The notes under the pieces: model-generated
What the model saw: only the letters and a program-made list of their open reading frames with translations
Told to the model about the DNA's origin: nothing
The model's database searches: none
Translations under genes and position numbers: made by a program
Assembly: GCA_964057225.1 (NCBI GenBank)
Contig: OZ059896.1
Coordinates: forward strand, 9,858,001-9,922,000
Length of the DNA: 64,000 bases
Source of the DNA: Auanema rhodensis
Taxonomy: Eukaryota > Animalia > Nematoda
Direction: 5' to 3'
Shown: piece after piece, positions 51,150 to 64,000 of the stretch
How positions within the stretch are numbered: the stretch's first letter is position 1
Layout of the letters: each line of letters starts with the position of its first letter

Positions 51150-54100
51150 GATGTTAATTAATTGCTAAGAACTTGGATTCTTAAGTAAAGCGGAAGAGAT
51201 TTTAGAAAAGTACTGTTTCTTATCAAAAGATGTAGACTAGTCCGACAACTTCAGGTAAGTTATGAATACTATTATCAGAGAAATGATGCAGAGAGTTGGT
51301 TAGTAGGTGGAGCCTGTCATCTATGACTTGAGGCTACCTCATACCTCCGGGTACAGCTCGATTAGGCGGCCGCTTTTAATCCAATGGGGTGTGAATATCG
51401 GTATCTTTTAATTTTTAGATCTTTCAGTAATCAATACAGAAATATAAATACGAACTAACAGTACCGACCGGATACCCTACGGTGTTATTACCGTAGAACC
51501 ATTCTGATGTGAACAGCTGCGAAGTTGTATATCAAGTATGATCGGTAACTTTGAAAATAAAGCTTCTTCGCACGACTTTAAATTTAATACTAATTTACAT
51601 AGCATGTGATATTTAACAAGGAAAACAAATTTAAACAAAAATTATTGAAAAAAAAGTCATAGCTATCATATATATCAAATGAATGATAGTACAATTAACA
51701 ATGATTTGATCGATCTAATGTCAGTTGTATGTATATAGTATAGCATAACTATAGTGTTTCGAAAAAAAAACATGTTTTACCTAAAATGTTTGATTTTATA
51801 GAATTGTTTTCATTTTTAATAGAGTAAGTCTAACGAAAAGTGAAAAAAAAATAATGAAAAAAAACTGACAAGAGAGTTAGGTCATAAGTTCAACAACTAT
51901 TTTTATTGTTCATTTTTTTGCAAAAAGGAAGTACGACAAGTAAAATAAACAACTATACTATAATTCACTTAATTTGGTTTATTAAAACTTTTAAAAATCT
52001 TCTATCGCGCTTATAACTAAGGTACATATGTGGCAAGGAAACAAAAAAAATGCGAATTGAAATCATAGTGAAGTGCTCTTTGTTAAGCCTTAGAATATTT
52101 AAAAACTAAAAATATAAACATCTTATCATGTTTTTCCTTTTTATCAAAGTTTAGAAAGTTGAAATTAGATGTTCTTAAACTTAATTGCTCGGTATTTTAT
52201 AAAATGGACAATTAATGATTTTAAATGTTTAGCAAATCTACGCAGTATAACTTTTACTTGAATTGTAGCAAAAAAAACAAGAAATATGAAAGCGATCGTC
52301 TTGAAAAGATTAGTGAGATAATAAAGTAATGCATACGAATCAACAAGTTTTGAGAATCGAACGAGCACTGTGTTGTCTTGTCTGGCGGACAAAGCAATGT
52401 CTAGTTGTTAAAAAGCTTATCCACAACAATAACTGTTAGCACGTTCATATCTTAGAAGATGTATTAACAAATAAGGTTTTGTACTAAATGCTCTGAAATT
52501 ATGACGTGCCCTAATCGCAATTTGGAGAATCAAAATACTTGTAACAAACACAATAACAAGCAACTATCCAGTCATAAACGGAAAATACTTTGATGTTTAC
52601 TAAGTGCTAACGATGTGTTGCCTGTGTGTTGTGTTATGAGGTGCGAAGATGACTTAACTTGCTTGTTACCACTTCGACCGCTTCAGAAGATTAGGTTTAT
52701 GAACAAAGATTATGACACGTCATGACTCACAAGAAAATGGTCCAAAAAGAAATAATTCAATATTACAAAGAATAAATGTGAATTGATTTATCACGGAAGT
52801 TTGATTGTGGCCGATATTGTTGTTATCGTCTTCCCAAATAGATCTGATACTGGTCAACGTGCATAATCGTCAGAAATTTAAACAACCGGATATAGAGATG
52901 AATAAATACGATGCTTTCTTCAAAGAAGATTGAAAGAAATTAGCTTTGGAAGCATTTGTAGAGGAAAAACTTATTATAGTATGACATACATATATTTAAC
53001 CATGACTGTATATGAAGTATTGGAGAGAAATTTTAAGGAATATGCAAGAAATGATTGGTATTATATGGATAAATGGGTATCACATATTCATATAATACTA
53101 AAAATATGATAATGCAAGTCTTAGAATGAAATATAATTATCAAGACCTATGATAAGTAGATGATCTACGCTCATACCAAGTTCTTTTCGTGTCTCTCATT
53201 ATGTCTATGTATCCGTTTCGGTCTCTTGATTTCAAAAAAGGATAACAGTCTACAGAAAGATCAGCTAGAACAATGACTGATAATAAGTAGAAAAATGGAA
53301 ATACTGTCAAGCAGCGGCGTGGACATTGGTTAGATAAAATCGTTGACGAGAAGAATAGAAGCCAAAAAGAAGTAAGGACACAGATACAGAATATCAACTA
53401 CAACATGCGATATTAGAGAAAGGATGCAGAGTAGAATGAAATGACAGAAGAGCGTAGCAGTCGACGGCGAACATTCATTGAAAAAAACGAACAATAACTG
53501 AACGAAGACTGAACGTTATGAGATGGAAAGCGAGAGATTGAAAAGTCTATGAGGACATGAACCTAGAGGTAACGATGAGGAACGCAACAATGACCGGTTA
53601 GAAGATAATGCGAAACATTTGGTTCAGGAAAACGGGAAGAAAATACAAAAATATAATTAATAGCAAAACATATTCAAGACTTACATAGTTCATAAGATGC
53701 ACCAAAGGTTCTCTTAAGTGCAGTGAAAGCTACATATACATGGATCTTACATACGGTTAGATGGTCAATTATCTTCAAGTTAATAATTGTATAATAAAAA
53801 TCAACCATATCCATGTTTGTACATGTGTATGTTGAAGAATTGCGAATTCAAGTAGAAGAAATTCTTAATTATACTTATAATCAACAAATTAGGATTATAT
53901 AATGCCGATTAAAACCTGCACTGTACTGTTTATTATTATAATCTTTTGTTTCTATTTCTTCGACATGTTCGATAAAAGAGAAAACCGTCATGCTCATTAT
54001 GGTTTTGAGGATTGAACAAGCTGCTATAACCCGGGGGGAATTATTGTGCGACAGCTAGCATATGTCAAAGCAATTATCGAATTAAATGATTCAAAAAACA

Positions 54101-54228
54101 AATTTCTTCCGAGAAAGAGAATTAATAATTTAAAAAAAATTAATATGCACATACCTTAAAGTTCAAAAGTTTGTCAGTATATTTCCGACACTAATAAAGA
54201 AAAGGAGTAGCTTAGTGTTAAGAAAAAT

Positions 54229-54308
<80 letters not shown>

Positions 54309-54375
54309 AAAAAGAGAGTGAGAGAAAAAAGAGAGAGAGAAGAGAGAGAGAGAGAAAAAGAGAGAGAGAGAGAGA
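54229..54375. repeat. (GA)n compound microsatellite
   Basis: Long pure AG run followed by interrupted GA/A tracts. Confidence 0.95.
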
Positions 54376-57300
54376 CTGAAGAACAACCGTTTCTTGTGAC
54401 TTGTCCTGTTAAAAGTGAATGAACCGATTTCACGCGAAGTTCACGTGAAAAAGTTTGAACTTTGTCTTACCATCGACGTAAAATTGTACACATCTTTAAC
54501 ATGTTAAATATTGTTTTGAGTGAGTATGATTGAATACATTTCAGATGACTGTTTTATAAATAATTTCAATTTGAACTAACAGTTCTTATCCATACATACT
54601 ACATTCATATATAGTTGAAAACCGCTTACAGATATGCATACATACACTATTCTTTATGACAAACCTAACTGTCTTCTTGCTATGTTTATTGTCGCAAATA
54701 TTAGTAGAAGAGGAGCAGAAGATGAATCATTGTTACTGCATAGATAAGATGAAAAATGTGAAGAAACTTTTGTTTCTAATACAGATTTCTTCATTCATAT
54801 GATTTTATATATTTTCTTGCTTTCTTTTTAAGAAAACTATATGCCATATGATAAGATAGTTCATATTTTAAAGTGATTCTTGAAGTTTAGAGTTTTTCAG
54901 TCAAGATATTACAAATTAAAATAAAAAGAATCGTGGATATTTGTTGGAATAGTTATTATAATAAATTAGGTGATGATCTCTTAAGCAAAAATTTGCGACT
55001 GAATCAAACAGCTATATCTGATCCAGAAAATGAACTATTCTCTCCTATGACCAGATGAAATAAACATTTATAATCTAACATGAATATGATAAAATTAAAG
55101 AAGGAGGAGATGAAGAGAAAAGAATATAGATATAATAGTAAAAGGAAGATATCTATACTGTTTCTTTCAAAGAGAAAATAGTAAAGAAAGACAAGAGATA
55201 TAACTGAATGTTGGAATGAGACATTAGATAAACGATAGAGAACTAATGATCTCACGTTGAGCGTCAGATAATATAGTCCAATTAACATAATGCATCAGAG
55301 GAGAAACTATGATTCTCGTAAGATAAGTCAAGCGTTATGATTATTAATCGAAATCCAATTTAGGAATGAATGAATGAAGAAATGAAATCTTTTTTAAAAA
55401 CAATTATTACTATTGCTAAGAATAGAATTTCATTATTAGTTAGAGAGTTACATCTAGGACATGTGAAGTCAGTAGTACATATACGGTATGTAAATGAGAA
55501 AAGAATAGAAAATATTTTTTTTCTCTAAAAATCCGTGTTCTCAGTCTAACTGGTAAATGAAAACGGTAGCTAAATGACCAGTAGCGATGACTGGAGAGCG
55601 AAGCCCAGAATATGAAAAACGGGGATAGAGACAGGGGGTGGAGAAACGACAGCAATGCTGAAGGAGGTCCTAATACAGGCGGTTGTGACGAGAAAGGAGA
55701 GGAATGAGAAAAGGAAGGAGGCGAGATCCGGTAGCAAGGAACAAGCTAGCTTTCTCCTGGAACTGATGACACATATGGGAGTAAGAAAGATGAGTGAGAT
55801 TGATGTCAACGTCCTTAGATGTTCGTTTATTCATAAGACCGTATATACGATGAAAAAATCAGGTGATAAACAGAAGAAATATGAAATATCGTCAGTCTAA
55901 AGATAGTCCATAGACTGTACAATATCAGATCTTCCACTTTCATGATACAATTCATGTGAAAGTATACATACAAATAGCCATAGCATGATGACACTGATTC
56001 AGAAGTTCTCCTTGTCGCTTTCTTCTTTTTCCACTTCGGTCGATTCTCGTTTACACTCATCCTTCCAATTATGAGCCGAGCACTTATTCCTTTCACTCTT
56101 CAAAACATTCCGGGAATTGTATGCTTGACGGCTAACAAGGCACGTCGTCTGAAACCTGTATGAGGATAGAAGAAATACGAGTGTCTGAAGAGAAACGAGA
56201 CTGGCGTCTTGCAGTTTGTATTGTAAGAAGAGGCCAATCAACTACCTCCGGTCAGGAGTCAGACATTATTGTGGTCGGCGTAGTTCCTCTCGTATAACCA
56301 TAGACATAATTCGCTCGTCTGCTTTTCTTTTACTTTCTATCTTTTTTCCTCTCTACGTTTCGGTCACGTCAGATTGCTTCTATTTCTTCATAATCAGGCA
56401 CTAAAGCTTTTGAAATTGCTTGGATGATTCTGGCTACAGTTTCATCTTGATGTCGCTCTCATCCACAACACATACTTGAAGCTTCATCAGAGACCAACAA
56501 GACGAGACGAAGATGATCATGATTGGAGGAAAAGTGAAAAGAGTGAAGAAGACAATAGCACGAAGTAACAGGGAATGATGAGAGGCAAACCAGCAGGTTA
56601 CTTCTGAGGCGGAACTTTCATCTCAAAATCGTGCAAACGGAACATGTCAAAGATATTTGGACTCAATACGGCTTTTCGTTGTTGACTTCGAAGAAATTAT
56701 TGAACTCGTTTTTTTCCTTTTTTTTTGAGAAAATTTAAAAGGAAAATGACGATTAGGTAAGAGAGAGTGAAAAGTAAAAAAAAATTACTCAAAATCAGAT
56801 GATTATGTAGAAACATGTCATATGTAATGCCCTTTGTTCTAGTTAATAATCTATCTATTTTAACCTATTATAACTAAATGGAAAAAAAAAACAAATTTAT
56901 GAACAAATGGCATGTCAAATTTGTGAGCATTTTAAATGAATAGAATAAGAACGCCGAAGATGTTGAGTCTCAAATTGGGAAACGATTGGCCAGTCTGTTG
57001 ATGTCGGAAAAGAAGGCGGAAACGACGACCTTGTCTTGTGAGGCAATCAAAACAATTAAAACGGTCGCTGTGGCTTAGGAGTAAGATGTCGCCGTTGTCA
57101 TCCATGATGTTGGTCAGTTTATGCTTACTCTGAGAAGCAAGTTCATTTCTCTCTTCCACAAACATTCCATATCAATCGTTCAAAACTAATAACCATCGGT
57201 GTATGATAATGATTCGAATACTTGCATCAAAAATCAGAAAATTTCCGAACTTTTTGAAACAATCAATATGAAAACAAACATACTGTTCAAGATAGTGATA

Positions 57301-58229
57301 GTAATCATCAAAGTATTATTATAAATTATAAGAAAGCCAATGAAATTGAGATTATTATGAGAGAATCCGGGAAGAAGAGAAAAATGACTGATCAAAAAAA
57401 AAAGGTTAAGGGTTCACATTCCTTCAAATCATTCAATAAATCACTAAAAAAAACTTTTTTTTTAAATTTGCCATTAACCGTTCAAAACTGGTCATTCTTC
57501 AAATAACTTGACAGATTCATATCCTTTTTAGGAGTTTTCAGTGTTACTTTATTAAAAGTTTGTAAAAATTCAAATGGTGCAGTTCATGGGAAAGCATATA
57601 TGAGTAGAATGGGAAGAAGATTTAAAGAAAATTTCAAACAGTTTCCTATTCAAAATTTTGAATCGAAACATTGAGAATGTATAGACACATCAAACAGATG
57701 CCGCAATCATTTATATATTCCTATAAATGGCTAAAGTAGCAATTCCTTGTCGTAGTCGGACATCTGAACTGCGCGTCAACATAGGTAATTAGGATAAGAC
57801 GGACTTGAAATACGGCAAACAGTTTAAAATCCCATGATTATGATGATGAATATGAACAATTTTAGTTCATCGTAAAATTTAATTTACATATATATGAGAG
57901 AAAGATGCTCTAAGATGAAAGAAGCGAAAATGGATAGATATGGTAAGGGGGGGGGGAATATGGACAGTTGCACAATGAATCATGACACACCTTGGTATGA
58001 TCTGATGATAGGAAGACACTGAGCAAAGTAGAAAAAGTTTGCGTGAAAATCATCAAAATTTCATTTTAAAGCTTCTCTGATTATTTTTAAGTTATTCGCA
58101 CAATGAATTAACTCCTATCAATCGCTTTCTTATCAGATAAAAAGACTGGCAGGTAATGGACCACAATTAGAAAGAATGAAGATGATGAGCTGTAAGAATA
58201 CAGAAGTGGAAGGTCGTCTGAATAACCAA

Positions 58230-58717
58230 GTTTATTTCATTCTTCCATCGGTTTTATCAAAGAGGTTGTTGGACAAGGAGAAACATTACTTGGTATACCT
58301 ACTGAAACAGAGACGACTAGACGTTGTTGTAAGAGAAAGGGAGGTAAGAAAATAAAAACTGACATAACCAAAAGAACAATGTTGGCCCATATCGGTGATA
58401 TCCTTTGAACTAATTGTTTCAAATATGTCGAGAATGGAGAACAAATGAAATCAAGTAAGTATAAACGGCTTATTGATATATTCTGACTAAAGTTTTGTTG
58501 AAAGCAACATGACCTGTTGGTCACTGACAAAATAGGAAAAATTACAGATGTGATAAAGTACACAAATTGTAGTTGGGACAGCTGTGTCAAGCCTTATCAT
58601 CATCGACGAGAGAGGCTACAAACAGTAGTGAAGATTCGAATGCCCAGGATGAATGGCGAACGACGATATACAAATAAATTGTTTGAGATAATTTTTGATA
58701 AAAATAGAAAGTATTGA
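58230..58717 (+). pseudogene. Heavily decayed Bel/Pao LTR-retrotransposon 3' pol remnant (tentative)
   Basis: Collinear fragments across frameshifts and stops: KEKHYLVYLLKQR, AHIGDIL, PVGH*Q/KIGKITDVIK, VKIRMP..NGERRYTNKLFEI. These resemble the post-integrase domain of Bel/Pao elements. Confidence 0.35.
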
Positions 58718-61700
58718 TCTCAGTTTATTGGATAATAATCGATTAAGACGACAATAAGAAGTAGTTATCTTCTACACGAGGTTGTCGTTTTGATTATACC
58801 GGAATCAAAGAAAAACTATGAACTAGTTGGTGGAATTCAGTTATTTGAGTCATCACAGAACCAGGAAATAAAGAGGGAAAATAGAATAAAAAGTTTAGAA
58901 CTGAGAGAGAAAAACTGGTACCCGGTACAACAAAACCTTTGTAGAATAGGTCAAAAGATACAAAATATGAAAAATATATCGATGATCAGTCAAGCATCGG
59001 GACAGTTAGCTGAGGCTATTATGCGTCAGATATGTAGTGAACCTTCTCTATAGATATGATACTCTAATGCCATATGTGTGCCATTCAAGCAGTTCAAACA
59101 TGAATAGATGACGTGGATTAAGGTACAATAATGATATATCAGCTGATTGGTATAATAGGAAAAGAAAACTTTGTTTTCAACTTTTCTTATTCTCTACAGA
59201 TATGAGAAACAAGTAAGAGGATAGTAGTGTGTCACTCGACTGCCACCACCATCTACAACCAACTATTTCTGATTGAATGTTCGCAAACATGGGAACTATA
59301 AACTATTATATCTTAGATAAATGTAATTTATAAATGATTTTGGTGTAGGATTATTGTGGATTATTATTAAAAGAAAACGAAACAACATAGTTATAATCAG
59401 TTATATTGAAGTTAAATGCTGTTCACAAACGGATGATTGACCAAAATGACAACGAGGAAGAGGAGGAAGAAAAAGAAGATGTCGCGATGATGTTGATGAC
59501 CCCACATTGGAAGATTGTACGATTCAATCTTTATGGCTATAAGAGATCCGGAATCGAAATGCTTGTTTCTTCTAGCTGTGTACAATCTACATGCTAGAAT
59601 GCGAGAGAAAAGAAAATAGGAAGCGAGATTTGAGAACGTATATTGGACGATGGTGGGATTGTGAAGTCTGAGAGATGAGATGTGTTGAGGGCTGGGTGCA
59701 GAAAAACAGTTGGCTAGTAATCGAATGATCTTTAATAGCCATAAAAGTAGAAAAAATCGTGTATGAACTTGCAACGTCGGAAATTAGAGGAAGTTCGAAA
59801 TGAATTACTATTATCTGGAGAAACGATCAGAATTCGGAGGACAAGTCGAATATATTCGATGTCGAGACTAAAACCAAGACGACATGATGTATCGTGTAAG
59901 CGGAACATGAAACAAAAATATATAAAAATGCTGTAAAGACTATTATTTAATTTCTTTAATATATTTTGCTAATAAGAAGGAGAAAAGAAAACTTTTGAAA
60001 TTATTGAACTATTACTTAAACTTCAATTAAGAAAAACCAGGAAGTTTTTGAATTTCATACAAGAAGACGGGTTGATCATTTGAATGAAAAAAAATTAATA
60101 TGTTCCGGAGTCCATTTATGATCCGGAAAGATAACACGACAGATATAATTGCCTGATTACATTTTATCAAAGAAATCGGAGAAGCAATGACAAAATCAGC
60201 AATGATGGGCGCTAAATTGTCTAAAGACAACCAGAATAATTCAGGAAAATGTGCATAGAAACAGGAGATAGACTGTAGGCTGAGATTCGGAAATTTGTAA
60301 TAACGTTGATATTTCTTTCTTTTTTTTTGTTGTAAAACGAAAAGCTATGTTGCTTAGTAGTATACTAATGAGTCCATCAAAATACAAAATAATAAAAGAC
60401 ATAATATCTATATGAAAGAGAGCTTTATATATGATTACAATAATGAGAGCTTGTCACGATAACCACGCCGATTTTAGAGAAAAACATTAAGAACATCTTT
60501 ATATCTTTCATCGCCTTAACATACAAAGTTCAAAAATATAAAGATAGATAGGTGAAGCTTTGTATAGCTTTAAGATGAATAGCAGAAATCATTGTTTTTG
60601 TTATTTTTCATATATACATATAATTTCATATACATATGGATGTATCTAATACTATCAATATTTGATATTATTATTATTATTATTATTTATTATAGTTAGA
60701 TTGATAATAAATTCATAATTTATCATATTTTAGTTTATATATTTCTATATTTCTATATAACTAATAAATATATTAAATTATGCATATCATCACTATCATA
60801 TCAATCAATATACAATTATTTCGATACGACAAACACATAATTTCTGCTCCAAAAAAATATATAAATTGCATTTATTCACATTTTTACTTAAATCATTGTC
60901 TACAGATTTTTTTAATTTTTCTAGCAACCTCGGAGTTACAGACTAAGCGACGTACCAAGGACAACGCTTTCTACAGAAAGCACCAACACGAAGTTCTGGT
61001 CATTGCTTTTCTGTCAGGAAATGTCATGCAAAACTCTCATTTTCGTACTTTTCTCCACTCTTCCTTATATGTCTGCTTTACGATCGATTACAAAGTTTTT
61101 TTATTGAAGAAAATGCCAAGAAGAATTAGGACAAAAATGAAATAATTCAATCTTTATATTTATTGGCGAGGAAGCATGTCACTTGAGAACTGTGATTTGT
61201 GGAGAAGGTTACATTGAGTAAAGTTCTTTGAACAGGAATCTTGAACAGATTGACTCTATACACAATGCGAAGTGAGAACGGGAGTTATATTAGCAGACAT
61301 TTACGAATATATAATAGAGGGTTGGAACGATCAAGAAATGACATCGGATGTCTTTAAGGAATGAGGAAGCATGAACATCTTGTAAACGCTCAACAATTTT
61401 CAAGAAATATCCACTTTTGCTAGTAAGCATCTGTGTATCAATCAGATTCACGACAAAGAAGAAAAGCTAGACATGGAACTCTCAACGTCCGGCTAGAAAA
61501 CTATCTAGGACTTCATCTGAAGGTGGACAATACTCAACAAAAAGCCTGTATGTCGAACGGATGTGCGAAATCTTAGATCGAACGCTTCATAGCGAATGCC
61601 GCAGACGTTCGATGGTATGATAGGAGTAAGGCTCGCAGAAATAACGAACTTGAACATTGGAGATAGAGAAGACAAGGTCAGCAACTTTTGAATGTTAGTA

Positions 61701-64000
61701 TGTACCTTGAAATCTTTTTCTAAACTATAGATAGACTTTCATAGCATTCCCATTCTTTTTATCCCTCATTTAACTGTCCTCTGTGACTTTGACCATAATT
61801 TTAGAGATGATGAACATAAGAATACGATGAGGATAGCGGACCATTAATGGTATTAACTTTGCTGAACATTTTCACATCGGCGCCAATTAACAGCTCATTG
61901 CCGTTACATCGTTTTCATCGACAATGTTGTCAGCAATATCGTCATTGGTGCCATGTTCATCCGATGTCTATGCTCATCAATTCTATTAGTAGCCAGAACA
62001 CCATAAACGAAAAAAAAATGTTTTAATAGTTTTTTTTGTTTAAAGTGCTACCGTTTCTTTAGAGTAATGATGTTCAAAATGAGAGTGGGTGGCATGATGT
62101 AAAAAAAACGAAGAAAGAAAATGACAACGATTTGAATCAAATCAGATATAAAGACATTTCAGATACTAGATTACAAACAAAAAATCCAACTAACCTTTTA
62201 TCGTAATCATTGCAAGGTTTTGATTGTCCAATCAATCGAAGAATACTCGAGAATTCAGAAAAAAAAAACAATTTCTGAATTAATATACTAGCTGAACTAG
62301 AACCTAAAATAGTTTCATAAATATTGATAAATTATATATAGATTATATGCATATAGGTAGGTATAAGATAATATAAAATCTAATATATTATTTAAAAATA
62401 ATTAAATATAATGAAAAGAAAGAGACAGGATGCATGAGGTGCACGAAAGATCATGAGTAAAGAAGTATGAACCCCTGTCCTTGAAAGTATAGACTGAAAG
62501 TAATCCATCACACGTGTGCCAACTGTGAAAAGGAGATCCGATATAAGGATACGAATGGGTGTGAGCGCAGCACCTCTGACACACTCCGGAGTTCCACCTC
62601 CTTCTTATCTCGACCGATATATAGATAGAGATTGTGAGGTGAGGAAGAGAGAAGAAATAAAATGCACAGCATACGAGAGATATTAGGGACAGAAAGTCAA
62701 CAAGATACCATACAATATGAAGAGAGCAAAGGATTGTTAAAGAAAACTAAAATCAAAGACATATCATAGTTATGTGTATGGAGTGAGAGAGTGCGAGAGA
62801 AACTGAGACAATGACCACCCTCTATATCCTCAAAAAGAGCTCAAGAGGCTAAACGGCAAGGGCAGATACAAGGAATACAAAGTATAAAATGATGACAGAA
62901 GATTGAAAACAAAGATATTTCAATAGGATTACTGATGAACAACATGGCTCAAGATTTCAATCATTTGTTTTATAATTATTGAAAATCGTTGATTATCTAT
63001 GAAAACAACAATATCCTATACAGGAATAGACATCAGAAGTTGGAGATAGCTATATTCATTTGTGGATTTGAAGTAGAAATGATTTTCCTTTAAAAGCAGT
63101 TGACATTGAATGTTATGCAGACTTTACTACTTGGCTGTCCTCTAAGTATTACTATTCAAAAATATTTTAACTATAGATTAATATAAGTTTTTTGGATTAT
63201 GACGTCATGAGTAACATTCAAATTAACTTATGTCAATGAATATAATATAACTAATTGGATTATACAAGTAGTTAAAGTAAATAAAAAAATAATATTCAGT
63301 AAAAAGAGAGAGGTGAATCTTATTCTTTACTTATATTCGGATTTACATTGGAAAAATTGTAACAAGAAATGACCTAAATGAGATTATCTACTAAACAAAT
63401 AGAAAAAAGTATGTATAACCACTTAATCTCATCCTATTAAGTTTTTTACAATAATGATGAGGACAGATAGTAAAGCATTTTTATTCATCTTAATTCTAAT
63501 TTTTATATCCAAGTAATTGGAAGGATATATTTAAAATAATTTCATACGTATTAAATGCTACTGAAAATAGAAAGTAAACAACTGATTGATATTTGGCACT
63601 CTGGTTAGATGATAGATCACTAAATTATATTTTTATGATTATAGATGGTCCTAAAGTTAACGAACAACTGTGTATATGAGATAAGACTATATGACATTCC
63701 ATATTAAATATTATGATTATAAAGATAACTATTCCTACCAAAGTAAAAAGAATGTTCGATTGAAGAATTATTTATGTTAGTTTATAAAAAATAATTTGCT
63801 GTAGTATGTCAATGAATGTAGGTGAATAAAGCAATTTTAAGATTCAATTTTGCTCCTTCTAGCATCGCTCGTACAGTTCTATGCTGGATGCCGTCACTAC
63901 CAGCCCGGCTAATCCGGTACAAGTTGACAGAGTGAACGAACAATTTAATTTATCGCTAAAATGTTCGTTTAAGTTGACAGTTTGAGGAAAACTATGTTTT

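Noticed and set aside
1-64000. Telomeric TTAGGC arrays or DNA-elimination breakpoints, tRNA/rRNA, CRISPR
   Set aside because: Only isolated single TTAGGC hexamers. No cloverleaf, rRNA-like block or repeat-spacer array seen by eye; small ncRNAs could have been missed.

Overview
Very AT-rich eukaryotic DNA with short (~44-60 nt) introns and TTTCAG-type acceptors, i.e. a nematode (probably rhabditid) genome. The ORF track mostly shows single exons or low-complexity artefacts, so I assembled genes by hand across splice junctions. Eight intron-rich genes are supported: crld-1/CRELD (minus, 15.3-17.2 kb, with alternative transmembrane vs KDEL last exons); egal-1/Egalitarian (25.0-27.5 kb); an Srab/Sra-like chemoreceptor (28.6-29.8 kb); a secreted Cys-rich nematode protein (31.3-34.1 kb); two tandem FkbM-like (Methyltransf_21) genes (34.8-38.1 kb); a large IRG-7-like EGF/vWA secreted protein (39.5-47.9 kb); and a lin-1/ELK-type ETS factor (minus, 48.5-51.1 kb). 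Regions 1-15, 17.3-25 and 51-64 kb are non-coding, with microsatellites, small DNA-transposon-like elements and decayed retroelement traces. The most unusual signal is in crld-1. Two consecutive introns have no usable AG acceptor (GT...TTTCCG and GT...TTTCAT), yet the exons after them are intact and frame-symmetric. They lie directly upstream of the TM/KDEL switch, whose intron carries UGCAUG and GUGUG motifs. No rRNA, tRNA, CRISPR or telomeric arrays were recognised.
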